A stretch of DNA of 58,335 bases, the filler included, from Sphacelaria rigidula (Eukaryota): the NCBI GenBank assembly GCA_964200075.2. It is 7 parts of 7 records of this genome, joined end to end, with 100 filler letters (N's around TTAATTAATTAA, not from the genome) between each part and the next. Parts side by side here need not be neighbours in the genome. Positions count along the whole stretch, not along the records: positions 41,742 to 49,988 come from CAXNAA020011783.1; positions 50,089 to 58,335 come from CAXNAA020011784.1; 5 more parts are not named here. One strand, written 5' to 3'. A program made the translations under genes and the position numbers. Below are positions 46,336 through 58,335 of this stretch, one piece after another. Each line of letters opens with the position of its first letter. Within the stretch, counting starts at the first letter, position 1. The notes under the pieces were generated by a model. It had not been told where the DNA came from. It saw only the letters and a list, made by a program, of their open reading frames with translations, and did no database searches.

Positions 46336-48105
46336 CGAGTCATCACGGATGTTGCACGAACCCAAAACACATAGATCGTAGTATAGTACTCGGTAAAAGC
46401 AGCAGCACAAGAATAAAGTCGATTTCGTCTATTATCAGACACCGTTTTCAAAAGTCAGAACCCGACATTTTCAGAGTAGACACTGACGAAAAATTCGGAG
46501 GCCATCATTCAAGGTTAAGGGGGGAAAAGGCGGGGAAATAAAATCCGGATCTTCAGACGACAAAATCACTAGTCACTAGATTTGAAACAGTATAATAGTG
46601 TCTCCCAAGATCCCTCCCTATACGAAGGCTTTCCAGTTTTTACTGCACGATCACCCTCAAAATCTCAGGCTCCAATCACTAGTCATACTAGATACTACCG
46701 AAAATGGGCAAATGGGTCCAAGATTTTCGGAACTTTTTTGGGGCGTTTTAGCCTGTACGTGGGGATAACCGTACAGTCGAGTCCGAATTTTTTCTACAAC
46801 GCCTGCGTCGAGGCCTCGGGGAGGCATATACGTTGGTATAGAAGAGAGCAAATGAGGACCCCCCTGTTGTTTCACGCTCAGCCATTTCGTTGTTTTTGTG
46901 CTCGTCGTTGTCATGGCCGGCACTTCAGAAACATGACACACGCCATGTGGCATGTGCCTGTATATGCTTGAGCATTGCTATAGCATCCTAATTTTTTATT
47001 TTGCAAAAACGGGCCTCGGTTTTCTTTCTGAACTGAATCTTTCAAGATTGTGGAGTTCTGCAGGGTAGAGTGGGGGATTGTGGTGCCCATACCAAGTTAT
47101 ATGGGAATAATGTGTGCCAAGGATTCATTCCCGTATGGTGGTGGAAGGGTATTTCATTCACAGGTAAGATACGCCTTCATACTCTGCTTTTGAAAATACC
47201 TGATTCTTACTCGGTATACCCCAAAGAACAAAGCGCTGGAAATTTTGTGTTCGGTCAACAATGGAAATTTGGCCGACAGCGTGCCTCCACTATTCTGTAC
47301 CCAGGTTCACGAATCTGTCTACATTCACGCACGTACGTGTGGGGCATATCGAAATAAAAAATAAGAAGACTCGTGACAAAAAGAGGCTGATGTCTGCACG
47401 GGGCAGCATTGGAAGTTATTTTTCAAGTATTTGCTGGGAGTTCGCTGCGACAAATCGGTGGCCGCTTTGTACTATCTATCCTTGATGTAATCTGCATGCT
47501 GTGCCGCGCCGTATCGGCTATTGCGGTGCCTCTCTCTCGTGAGAGGGGGGTACTGTCGTCAATACCTTTCCGCGGTCACAGCAAGAGCGAGTGAAGCTCA
47601 CTCCAACTTTGGTCATCCAGCGCACCTCACTCGGCAACGTGGTATCGTTTTACTACACATAAATGACCAAGGTAAACGCCATAACATCTTGCATGCACAT
47701 TAGCATCACAAACGTATTGTGGAATAAATAGTCAACGGTACTTGATCGCGTGTGAAGTTAAAAATGATGAGTGACGTTTAAATCATCATCCAACAGGTTT
47801 ATTTGCGGTAAGCTCATTAGCGTGGACAGGGCATTTAGTTTATGAGGCGATTCCTGAATCTCGAGGGATTCATGTTGGATGGAATAGTTTTTTTACTGTA
47901 TTACCTCATCCAGATGATTTAACACCTTTTTTTATGGGAACTGGAATGCTTATTCAAAAAAGCATAGAAGAAAAAAGAAGAAACCAACGGTGGGTCAAAG
48001 TACTCGTCGACTTGTGAGGCGCAGCACCAACCAACGGACACCAATATCGTCCCTTACTGCACTGTGATCGTGAATTTCCCAGCACCCCCGAAACACCGAA
48101 CACAC

Positions 48106-48207
48106 CTTGACGTCGAACGCTCGCACAGATCGATCGTCCGAGCTGCTGAGCACGTACGCCCCGCTTGCGTGAATGGCCACACACCGCACCCAGTTCTCGT
48201 GAAAGCT
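48106..48207 (-). CDS. LIS1: LIS1 penultimate exon (SFHENWVRCVAIHASGAYVLSSSDDRSVRAFDVK)
   Basis: Acceptor gcacAG and donor AAG|GTgtgt; 102 nt, phase 0-0. The H.NWVR and S..DD WD40 repeat matches LIS1. Confidence 0.93.
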
Positions 48208-48509
48208 CTGTGCGGGGCAGACAGGAAAGATGGGACAGGAGAAACGAGAGGGATCATAAACGTCACCGGAGTAACACACGAAAACGCGTGGGGGAAAGAG
48301 GAAAGGTCTCGGCATGACTGATGAGCACCTTCACAACACTGTGAAATGAAGGACGACAACCCATCAACAACGGAACATGCCGGCAAAAAAGTTCATCCTC
48401 GCCTACACACTCTCCTAGACAGTCTCACTTGTACACTTTTTTTCAATAGGGTTGGCTCATTCACCCACGCAGCGAGTCAGCGGGGGAGGATGGAGGGCTG
48501 GAACAAGTG

Positions 48510-49044
48510 CACGGTTAGGACGACTAAAATCGTGATTGAACTCATATTCATCATTCCAACGAGTGAATCATACTACATGTACATCATTTGTAAGTTATAC
48601 AGCTCTTCAGCGCGTGAGTCGTGGAGTACATGTCAAAGGTACCTGTTTCTTATCTTCCGTGAATATAGGGGGGGAAATAAGGGGAACATATTCATTCCCT
48701 GCACTGCAAGTTGAATGAATCGATTGTCCATGCCACGCACTTCTTACCATCATGAGGCGGGAATGTCATGTACAACTTGCTCAGCCGAGTAGTTCGAGGC
48801 GAGCGCTCGTACATGTTTTACACGTTCGGGTTAATGCGGGACCAACAATTCATGCAAGTTGAATCCTCAATTCCGATGGGCCCTGAATCGCGCGTACTTT
48901 TGTACCATCTGTAATGCGCGCAAGATGTCTGTACTGCATATGCGATAATATCCTCGACTCAGCGGGACCAACAATTTGTACAGGTTGAATCCTTTAATTT
49001 CATGAGGAGTCAACTCGTATAAACCCTGATTCGTCCCAACCGTG
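48510..49044. mobile_element. 535-bp hAT-type MITE
   Basis: TIRs CACGGTTAGGACGA / TCGTCCCAACCGTG (13 of 14). Perfect 8-bp TSD AACAAGTG at 48502-48509 and 49045-49052. Confidence 0.92.
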
Positions 49045-49988
49045 AACAAGTGGCTGATATAGATATGTATAAACTCTGGAAAATATATGGTCAACAGTTG
49101 CAATAAAAAAAAATGTACTGCGTGAAGTATAGACGTATTGCAACTAATGACTCTAAATTGTCATTGTCCAGGGTGTGAGATATTACTTATTACAATCACA
49201 TACCACAGCCAGGGCCGACTCTGGGCTTGAGAATATCCGTCACTTTCTTGGTAACCTCTTGGGTAACAGTGCTTGCCGCCGCAATAACTTGAGGGTGGGG
49301 GGAAGGGGGAGGGAGAGGGGGGAGGGGGGTGCAATGCATTTGGACTTCCGTGGCCGCCTCAGCAGCAGCAAACTACCTCTACAAAGCAGAACTTGACGTA
49401 ACGCGCATGCATGTAGACATGTAGACATGTATACAAGAAACAACCAACATGTAGACAAAAAGAAACGAATACAATGAACGTCTTGACCGCCAGAGATGGG
49501 CCACCGCCACCCGAGTCGTCCGCACTCCTTTTTCCAAGCGAAGACGACAGCGATTCAACCTATGATCACATCAAATCACACTGGGCAGTCAAAGCGTCCA
49601 CACGTCAGATGGCTCATGAGCTACATGAGTATTACTTCATATTAGTGTACTGGTCCGCATCATGAGCTAGGTTACTTGGCCCCCCTTTTTTCCGTATTTG
49701 CTCCCCATAGCGCTGGACGCCGTGCACGCGGAGTAGCGCAAAGGTAGTGCTGCGGCCTCTCGGACCCCACTATCACGTATTTTCTTGTGTTCTTGGTCAA
49801 CGAGTCTGAGAGTCTTTTTGGTCAACGGATCTTATTATATTAGTAGAGTCCACGTAGGATGGATCATCACGACTACGAATCACCAAATCACGATTTATTC
49901 GGCCTGATTGTCCAAAAGGGAGAAAAAAATTGACCGCTGGTCCAAAAGGTATCCACGCAAATTTTGCGCCATTCCACGTGTCTGGGCT

Positions 49989-50088
49989 NNNNNNNNNNNN
50001 NNNNNNNNNNNNNNNNNNNNNNNNNNNNNNNNTTAATTAATTAANNNNNNNNNNNNNNNNNNNNNNNNNNNNNNNNNNNNNNNNNNNN
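49989..50088. other. Artificial contig spacer
   Basis: Same 100-nt spacer. Confidence 0.98.
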
Positions 50089-50439
50089 CATGGGGATTCA
50101 TTCATCACGAGTCGACTCATCAAACTAAAACCAAGTAATTTACAGACGAATCATTATTTGTCCGACTCTTGGAATATTTCTTCAATCATGCTCTACTCAT
50201 TGTCCATACCAAATTCTAGGGTCCACCTCCAACATTTGAGGTGAGGATGAGTCATTTGAAAACCGGGTCGTTTGAAACTCGGAACAGTATTTTGTAGGCC
50301 ACTTACCGCCCCATGTTTGGTGTTGGGTTTTTGAAATTCTTGTGGGAGTTCGCCACGGCATGTAATGAACCGAAAAACGTGGGTCAGGTTGATTTTTATT
50401 TCTTTCCTTCACTGTTCAAGATCGTTTCAATATAGTCAT

Positions 50440-53030
50440 GACGATTTTTCACGAGGACGCCCCTATCTCACGCTCTCTAAAAAAGGGGGAGCCACTTTTT
50501 CTTTTTCTTCAGCATGCCTTTGCGACTCTCCATGCTAAGTTTCAAATAACAGTTCAAAAAAACATAAGCTGGAAAACTGAGATGAGATCCGAGAACATTG
50601 TTCATTTTTGCATTAATTTCTCCTGGAAGCACGAAATAAATAGGAGAACAAAAAGTGTGAAAAATAAGCTGATTTTTTTACATTGCACTGGCGATTCTTC
50701 ATACGAAATATCAAAGCACAACTCTCAAAAACTGAGACGCGATATCCAGATGTTGGATACCGTCCATTTAGTGCCTTTGCTCGTAACATATTGATTTTAG
50801 TGTGAAACATTTCGTGCGCCATATCTCCGAGATGAAAAACAAATCAGGCAAAAGCGGGGGTACCGATCGTTTACTTGTGCTCCAGGGAATGTACACACGA
50901 AAAACCTTCATCTTTCGCAGTATACATCGTTTGGGTTTTCGCATAGACTTTAGTATGGATGCTATCTCCGTACGGTACAGGAATTACTGGACATTTGGTT
51001 TAGTCAACGAAAAACATTGGCCCAGACTTTTGAGCAAATAGGCATCTTTCAAGGGCAGGCCGAGTAGAGAATACTCAGTACTCAGTATTTTCGAGGAGTC
51101 ATACTTTCAGTACTCACATTTTAAGTAGAGTATTTGAGGCCGTACTCAACCTACTCAAAATTTGAGTAGAGTATTTGAGGCCATACTCGACCTACTCAAA
51201 ATTTGAGTAGCGTATTGAGGTCATACGCAAGTGATACTCTAGACTCTGGTTTTACTGAGAGTGCTCACTCAATTTTTGAGTAGAGTATTGGAGGTCGTAC
51301 TCGATGTACTCAAATATTCAATAAAGTATTTGAGGTCGTACTCAGCCTACTTGAAGTATGAGTAGAGTAATTGAGGTCACACCCAAGTTATCCTCTACAC
51401 TCGAGTATTACTGAGAGTGCTCACTCAATTTTTGAGTAGAGTAATTGAGGCCGTACTCGACCTACTCAAAATGTGAGTAGAGTCTTGAGGTCGTACCTAA
51501 GTGATACTCTATACTCAAGTATTACTGAGAGTGCTTACTCAAAATTTGAGTAGAGTACTGGACGTCGTTCTAGATCCACTCAAAATTTGAAGTAAGGTAT
51601 TTGAGACCGTACTCGACCTACTCGAAATTTGAGTAGAGTATTGAGGTCATAGCCAAGTGATACTCTATACTCAAGTATTACTGAGAAGGCTTACTCAAAA
51701 ATTGAGTATAGAGTACTGAGGGTCGTACTCGACCTTCTCAAATTTTAAGTATAGTAGAGCATTGGAGGCCGTACGCGACCTGTTCAAAATTTGAGTAGAG
51801 TATTGAGGTCTTATTTGATCTACTAAAAAATGGAGTAGAGTATTGGAGTTCATACTCAAACCACCCAACATTTGAGTATCTGAGGTCATACCCAATCCAC
51901 CCGAGAGCTGGGTAGAGTTTCTGAGGCCGGACCCGATGTACCACCGCTGACTCCCCCATGGAGGAGTCACATGTGCGGCCAGTAGAGTCGCTCATTTTGA
52001 CACACCTACCCGACAACCCGTCTACTCGATTATACTCTATGATGATGGGTAGCGCTCTGTACTGAAAGGGATATCGAAGGCATTAAAGGTATCAAGTATA
52101 TACTGCCATGGGTGGGGGCAGGTGAGCTGGGTCAGGTAGGTTTATTCACCTGCACGCTTTTCTATTTTTGATGCCCGTCATTCGCTCATACTCATTGTAG
52201 CCCGTGACGTACCGCCACTCATCTAACCGATGGCCATTGTTCGCCCATGTATTCAACATAGTCTGTGAAGTGACGTCACGAGGTCGCCGGCGGTCAGGGT
52301 TACTTATCATACCCGAGTGATACTACACTCATGTATTACTGAGAGTGCTTACTCAATATCTGAGTAGAGTACTGGAGGTCGTACTCGATCTACCCAAATT
52401 TCAAGTACAAAGAAGTATTTGAGGCCGTACTCAACCTACTCGAAACTTGAGTAGAGTATTTGAGGCCGTACTCGACCTACTCGAAACTTGAGTAGAGTAT
52501 TTGAAGCCGTACTCACCTACTCAAAATTTGAGTAGAGTATTGGGGTCGTACCCAAGTGAGACTCTATCCTCGAGTATCACTGAGAGTGCTTACTCAATAT
52601 CTGAGTAGAGTATTGGAGGTCGTACCCGATCTACTCGAGTTTCAAGTAGAATGTTTGAGGCCGTACTTAGCTTACCCAAACTTGAGTAGAGTGTTTGAGG
52701 TCGTACTCGACCTACTCAAAATATGAGTAGAGTGTTGAGGTCATACTCAAGTAATACTCGACACTCGAGTATTACTGAGAGTGCTTACTCAATATTTGAG
52801 TAGACCATTGGAGGCCGTACGCGACCTAGTCGAAATTTGAGTAAATACTCGGGTATTTTACTCGAGTACCCGAAAGTACACACTCTACTCGACCTGCCCT
52901 TGGCATACTTCCCATGATCCGACGATGGATATGATATGCGGATTACGGGCCAACTTGTCCGTGTCGATGAGATATTGCTTTGAGAGCTCAGGTCCGCACC
53001 TAGGCTGGCCCAGCTTGTACGAAGTATATG
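50440..53030. mobile_element. Host copy of the unidentified decayed repeat, split by the 51050-52902 insertion
   Basis: Similarity to 27590-28420 lies on both sides of the insertion. Confidence 0.55.
51050..52902. mobile_element. Non-autonomous hAT-type element (1853 bp) made mostly of ~40-bp tandem repeats
   Basis: TIRs CAAGGGCAGGCCGAGTAGAG / CTCTACTCGACCTGCCCTTG. 8-bp flanks GCATCTTT / GCATACTT (6 of 8). Arrays of GAGGYCGTACTCGACCTACTCAAAATTTGAGTAGAGTATT at about 51110-51860 and 52310-52850. Confidence 0.88.
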
Positions 53031-54340
53031 TTGCCATGAGAATAGGATACAACGTGGCTCATCACTGGCGTTTTCTTACCACAACCAGATGGCTGCGGCC
53101 CCCCCACTGATGGCCCACTGACACGTCCCGACAGCACTAGAGAGCAAGCGACACGAACACACTGCCCGTGGGGTCGGAGATGTGCGTGAGATGTTGACGT
53201 TACATGGGAAATTCATGAGGCAACGACCAATCATATTTAGAACGAAAACTTCGTGTTCGATATTCAAGTTGAGAGTCCTCGATGGGCTACACACAGTACG
53301 GTGCAGGCCCACACAGCACATCAAGATAGGCAATCATTTCATTAGGGCAAGGAGCGGTAGAATGCACTACAAGAAGGAGACATCAAGCGATGATATGGCT
53401 GCATCTAGTTCGCTCCATACCCATTTGCTGCGGCAGGAAAAAAATAATCTGGAAAAGTGCCTTTCTGGAGCTTCTACGTCATTTTACGACCTGAAGGAGA
53501 GCTAGGCGGATTTTGACACCTTGGAATGCCTTACATTACTCGTTGAGACGGCTCAACGCAAGGTTCTTGTGGAATTCACCGGTCTCCGAAAAAAATGAGT
53601 TGTCGCCGGGAAGAATGCAAGTTTGGGCGAGAAAAACAAGTGCGGCAACCGGAGAAATGCACAGATTAGCTGTGACTGTCTCAAAGAGCACTGCAAGGCC
53701 TTCCAAGGTGTTAAAATCAAAATCCGCCTAGCCTTCTCGTACGGCAGAAACCGTCGTAAAAGCTCCGAAAGACAATGTTCCAGATTTTCCTTTTGTCTGC
53801 TACAAGGAACGGCCTAAGACCCTGTTTCTCGAGACAAAAGAAGAAGCAAAAAAACAAAACAAGCGCCCGAAAACAGCACGTCGAATGGTCGCCGGGCGGC
53901 CCTATGATTGCGACGATTAATAATCAACATTTTGCTTTTGGACGCCCTTCGTTCTACGCTTAGTTTTTTCGTCTCAATGAGGCTGTGTCTTGGAAAATTA
54001 TTTTTTGGTCGAAAAAGTGCGGTGGAAAACAAAAATTCCGAACTGGTGGGTCGTGATTTCAACTAACTTGTCGTGATTTCATCAATATATCTGACAGTGA
54101 AAATCACGACGTATCAGATCGAGATTTTCCTTTTCCAACACGCTATTTCTATCGAAAAATAATGTGGTAGGACTCGGCTTCAGACAGGGTTTGAGAACAG
54201 CAAATCAAAATGCTATTGGTTCAAGTCAATCAGCCCATCGGGAAGAAGCATGTCATGCCAAGTTACGCTGACAATTCTCCGCCGAGGGTCTACTGACGTT
54301 CCGCTCTGTTAGCCAAACGATTTCGTACGCTACAGGCTGG

Positions 54341-54806
54341 TGTTATGAGGAGCATTTTAGCCTGTTGCCATGTCACCCCACACCCGTCGAGGGGTCCGGC
54401 TGTATATTGTGTTCCAGGCTATTCCAAGACTGCAGGTCTGTTCAGAGTTGGTCAGATACGAGTATGAACTTGTATATAGCAGGAGTGGTAAAGTAGATGG
54501 CCGCCTCTGGTGGTCACTACTCCACATCCCCGAGCGAAGTCTAGCATCACGGTGAGACTGGTTGATTGAGCGTGAGGGATTGGACACGAAGAAGAGCTAA
54601 GATCAAGTAATCAGAGAAGAGATATCATCATACCTGCGCGTGAACATTCTGACATCTTTGGACACATCAATACGAGGGTGGCACCCAGCGTTATGAATAG
54701 GCTGCAGGTGCTTTTGCCTATGGCTCGGTCATTCAGCCTATTTTCTGGTCCGCTTGCCTTGCCTAGTGAGGCGTACTTGCCATACACGAGGCACACCCCC
54801 ATTACA
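54341..54806 (+). mobile_element. Putative 5' LTR (466 bp)
   Basis: Termini TGTTAT...ATTACA, TATA-like tatata near 54473, and a following PBS-like T-TGACGTCG (TGG mutated). Lies upstream of gag-like coding sequence. Confidence 0.6.
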
Positions 54807-55287
54807 TTGACGTCGACGGTAGAACGAGGACGGCGTGGCACACCGACAGTCGATCATGACCACGTCACCCGTTACCGGGTAGTTCACGGCACAGTCTCAA
54901 CTCATCGCCGCGCTACAAGCGCTCGAAGAATGTCGGTCGTGACCGTACCCACGAGGGTAGTTCACGGCACAGCTTCAATTCATACGGCACACTCACGCGC
55001 CCGAATAATGCCGGCCGTTACCGTACCTACGAGGATATTTCATGGCGCAGATCGAATCCATCGCGCACCCCAGCGCGCTCGAAGAATGCCGATCACGCGA
55101 CCGCGCGCTCTCCTTCCGTTTCGCCTCGGTCACGACGCCGACATTTACGCCATGATGATACTGTGCATGCAACGCGCCCCCGACCACCCGCAATGACCAC
55201 GACCCTCCGTCCCGCGCTGATGCTGCGACTATTCGTTCTCTTCAACGGCAGGTAACAGAATAAAAGCAAACGCTGAAGAGGAGCACT

Positions 55288-57815
55288 ATGGACAACCAGG
55301 AAACCACCGCCGCCGGTGCCGCCGCCAGCGCTGCCGCTGCCGCTGCCATCGTCGCTACCACTGCAGCCGCTGCTGCCGCCGTCACCCCTGCTCTCACCAC
55401 TACTGCCGTCGACACTGACGCCGACAGCGGTCTCACCACCGATCCCGTCCCGGATCCCTCCGTGCCCCCTTCCCCACCTGTGGAAGTTCTTTCTCCACCC
55501 AGCGACGAGCACTGACCTACCGGGCTCCTGCTAAAACTGTTCACAAACCGTCCCCGCGTGGAACAAATTCAGGTCGTCGCGTACTATGCCCAGGAGGCGC
55601 CAGCCTTGGCCAAGAATATTTTGGCCAAGCAACGCGAGGCCGACGCCGGCGCCGCACGCCTCCTCGCGGAGGATCATGCGGAAGCGCAGGAGAACCTACA
55701 GCGGCGGGCTTCTCTAGCCCAAAACTCCAGCGCTGCCGCCAAACGTGCCCTTCATGAGGGTCGCGCTGCTGCCAAGGTGGCCCAACGAGTTGAAGACCTG
55801 GAAGATCATGTCCGACGGACTGCCCACGACGCAGCCATGTCTGCGGCCCGCCTTACCACCCACCAGGCTTTCCCTCCTTCCGCCAACAACATGTTCGGTG
55901 GCCGCCCTCCTTCCCCGCATTCAAGCCACTCTACGGCCGAGCCCAAGACCGCTCCTTCGTTATACCGCATCACGCGGAAGAGCGATAGGCCGTCTAACGC
56001 CGAGGCTGCTGCCACCACAACAAGTGCAGAATCAACACCCCCGCCCCTAATCAACACGCCCGCCGCCAACACCGGTCTCCCAACAAGCCTTAACGTCACC
56101 AACTGCGAATGCTTGTGGCTCAGACGTACCGCTGTCGAGTACATCGACCCGTACCACTGCCCCAACCACTTGCGTTGTTCCAAGGTCCAAGGGTGCCTGG
56201 AAATCTCTGTCCAGCTTGATACATCGGGTTGTCGCTCTATTTCTGGACCAGGACGGTCTCTTCCTCGACGACGGCATGACGTCCCTCACCTTGGCCCAAC
56301 TGGTCCTGCACATGACCATCGGCGTAGGACCAGACCAACCTCGCAATGTCGCGTCGGTATATGACCTCTTTGCAGCACTACGCAACGCTCATAACTCAGA
56401 CCCGGACGCCGACATTGCCGAGGAAGATCAGGATGACGAAGGTTGGACTCCGACGAGTGCCGACTGCCGCGGGAAGAAGAAAACAAGAGGGACGGCGACG
56501 ACAACGGTGGAGGAGGCTCACGCCGCCGCCATGGTGGTGGAGGATCTTCCTCGGGCGGATCCGGACCGAACCGCCCGAACCGCAATAACCGCGGTCCGAA
56601 CCGAAAGAGAACTGGCGGCGATTCTTCCGGATCTTCCGGGAAACCTCGGAACCGATCTGACACAAACCTGTCTCCTTCGGTTTCGGCGGCGCCAAGGCAA
56701 GTGATATCTCAGTTGGCCGTTGTTTCGGGGGCACCGAGGCAAAGGATACCTTAGTTGACCGTTGTTTCGGGCCACATTTTGGGTTTATCCGATAACGGGT
56801 CCGTTGTCTTCCACTGCGGTCGGATCCTTAGCAGCCGCCGCGGCTGATAAAGAACGTTCCGAAGCTCGTAAAAGAGCACTTTCCGCTATAACTGAGTCTG
56901 CTACAGTCGAGTCTGCTCGAGTAGCTGCAATACAGAGATAATACTCTCAAATGGATGTGAAAAAGCTGTGGCATATGAATACCATGCCTGCTGCAGATGA
57001 CGAAGATTCGGGGTTATTCACCTCTGCCCTCATCACGTCCATTCGCCGTACTGTTGGGAATATCCTTCAGCTGGCAGGCACAACTGGCGCCCAACGTTTT
57101 GAAGACCCCAACTGGGTAGAGGGCTGGCAGACTCCACTGCACAAAGCGTTCCATGGATCCATCAGTCGCCGCTCGCCCGACACTGCTGCTTCCTCAACGC
57201 AGATCATTGACGGATTCCTCACCGAGATGGATCCCGATCGAACCAAGGGGAAGGCAGGCCCGATACTACTCAATGATTTGGAAAGGTGTCTCGTAAGTTA
57301 CTTCGAACGGAGCGACCAAGTGAGCGCCATCCAAAGACTGAGCTGTTTTTTCGTCGCATCGGATGTGCCCTTCGCGGATTATTTTTGTAAATTTGAGCTC
57401 TTTGTCTCCGGTATTGCGGGTGTCGGACGCCAAAACGGACCAAGCGACTCAATGTGCCAGACCTACGTTCGCAATAGCGTTGCTCAGCAGTATCCGGCTC
57501 TGATGTCGTCGTTGTTTCCGGTGTCTCAGCTCATCGCGAGGTGCCTTACGCCTCCGTAGATGCAATGTGGTCTGCTTTTGTACACCAAAAGAGTAGCCTA
57601 ACGTCCGCCATTCTTGTCAGACCTTCTACGCTTCTGCGTTCACAACTCACGCCTGTGTCCTCCGCAAACGCCCACGGGTCTCGCGGTAGGAATCCGAGAT
57701 CATCTTGCACTTCATGGACCCCCGATTCGGTCGCCGGTTCAGTCATGCATGTTCAGAGTAACGGAAATGCATTCCGCGCGAGTTTTGATGGTTTGCCTTT
57801 CTCCGAAGAAGCTTG
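55288..57815 (+). pseudogene. Disrupted gag-like ORF of an LTR retrotransposon
   Basis: GC-rich chain of ORFs (55288, 55558, 56216, 56951, 57541) broken by stops and frameshifts. SAIQRLSCF...PFADYFCKFELFV resembles the retrotransposon gag capsid major-homology region. Truncated by a MITE at 57816. Confidence 0.65.
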
Positions 57816-58217
57816 CACGGTCAGGACGAATAAAATCGTGATTCAACTCATGGTCGTCACTCAAACGAACAAATCATACGATTCGTACGTAAGTTGTAAT
57901 TTTTACAGGTTTTGAGCTCCTGACTCGTGCAGTACACCGTCAAGGGTACCCCTTTCCTACCTTCCGTTCACACGGGGTAAAGGATTGGCACATCTTTATC
58001 CCCTGTAATTCATGTGGAATGAATCGATTCTAAATGCCACACACTCTTAATTTCATGAGGCGTGAATGACATGTAAATCTATAACATGGGTGATTCGTGC
58101 GAGGTGAGCGCCCGCATATATGTTTCCACCGTCGGGTTCATGCGGGACGAAAAGTCGGCACATGGTTGAATCATCTCATTTCATGGGCCTTGAATCACGC
58201 TTACGTTTCTCCCATCT
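57816..58217. mobile_element. hAT-type MITE related to 48510-49044, inserted into gag
   Basis: Starts CACGGTCAGGACGAATAAAATCGTGATT and is collinear with 48510-48910 up to ccatct. Confidence 0.85.
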
Positions 58218-58335
58218 AACAACAAATTGTGCGAATTGAGGTTTAACGCCGAGACGAGGTTCAAGCCTAAAACAGGGCTTTCCGCACACTTTAGCGATGG
58301 TGCCCGATGACGTTTTTGTCGGCCTAATGCCCCTC
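58218..58335. mobile_element. Unclassified young repeat (same terminus as 16546-16597) nested in the MITE
   Basis: AACAACAAATTGTGCGAATTGAGGTTTAAC begins exactly where homology to the contig-6 MITE stops. Confidence 0.78.

Noticed and set aside
33394..49988. AACS-LIS1 gene cluster
   Set aside because: The two genes are on different contigs separated by a synthetic spacer.
51110..52850. CRISPR array or protein-coding repeat
   Set aside because: No unique spacers, stops in all frames, and bounded by transposon TIRs.

Overview
This is eukaryotic, intron-rich, repeat-rich DNA. A brown alga or related photosynthetic stramenopile is the likely source, inferred from short exons in kb-scale introns and a thylakoid-type targeting peptide; this is not proven. 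The window is not one locus. It consists of seven separate contigs of 8247-8249 bp (1-8249, 8350-16597, 16698-24945, 25046-33293, 33394-41641, 41742-49988, 50089-58335), each joined by an artificial 100-nt spacer (44 N + TTAATTAATTAA + 44 N), so adjacency across spacers is meaningless. Almost all six-frame ORFs are spurious. Splicing exons by hand gives four partial host genes, all on the minus strand: (1) a protein with a twin-arginine (Tat) thylakoid signal, possibly an FtsH N-terminus; (2) a protein with tandem Cys-rich Ig-like domains; (3) the last five exons of acetoacetyl-CoA synthetase, including an apparent GC-AG intron; (4) the last two exons of LIS1/PAFAH1B1. The rest is mobile DNA: decayed Ty3/gypsy pieces (gag, protease, integrase, a 5' LTR, a solo LTR with TSD), several hAT-type non-autonomous families with 8-bp TSDs, two tRNA-derived SINE families, foldback and long-TIR elements, and a LINE whose three visible copies all sit in poly(C) tracts. 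I found no CRISPR array, RNA gene or multi-gene novel system. The best leads are the apparently poly(C)-targeting LINE, the Cys-rich Ig-like repeat protein, and a hAT element built from an array of mini-hairpins.
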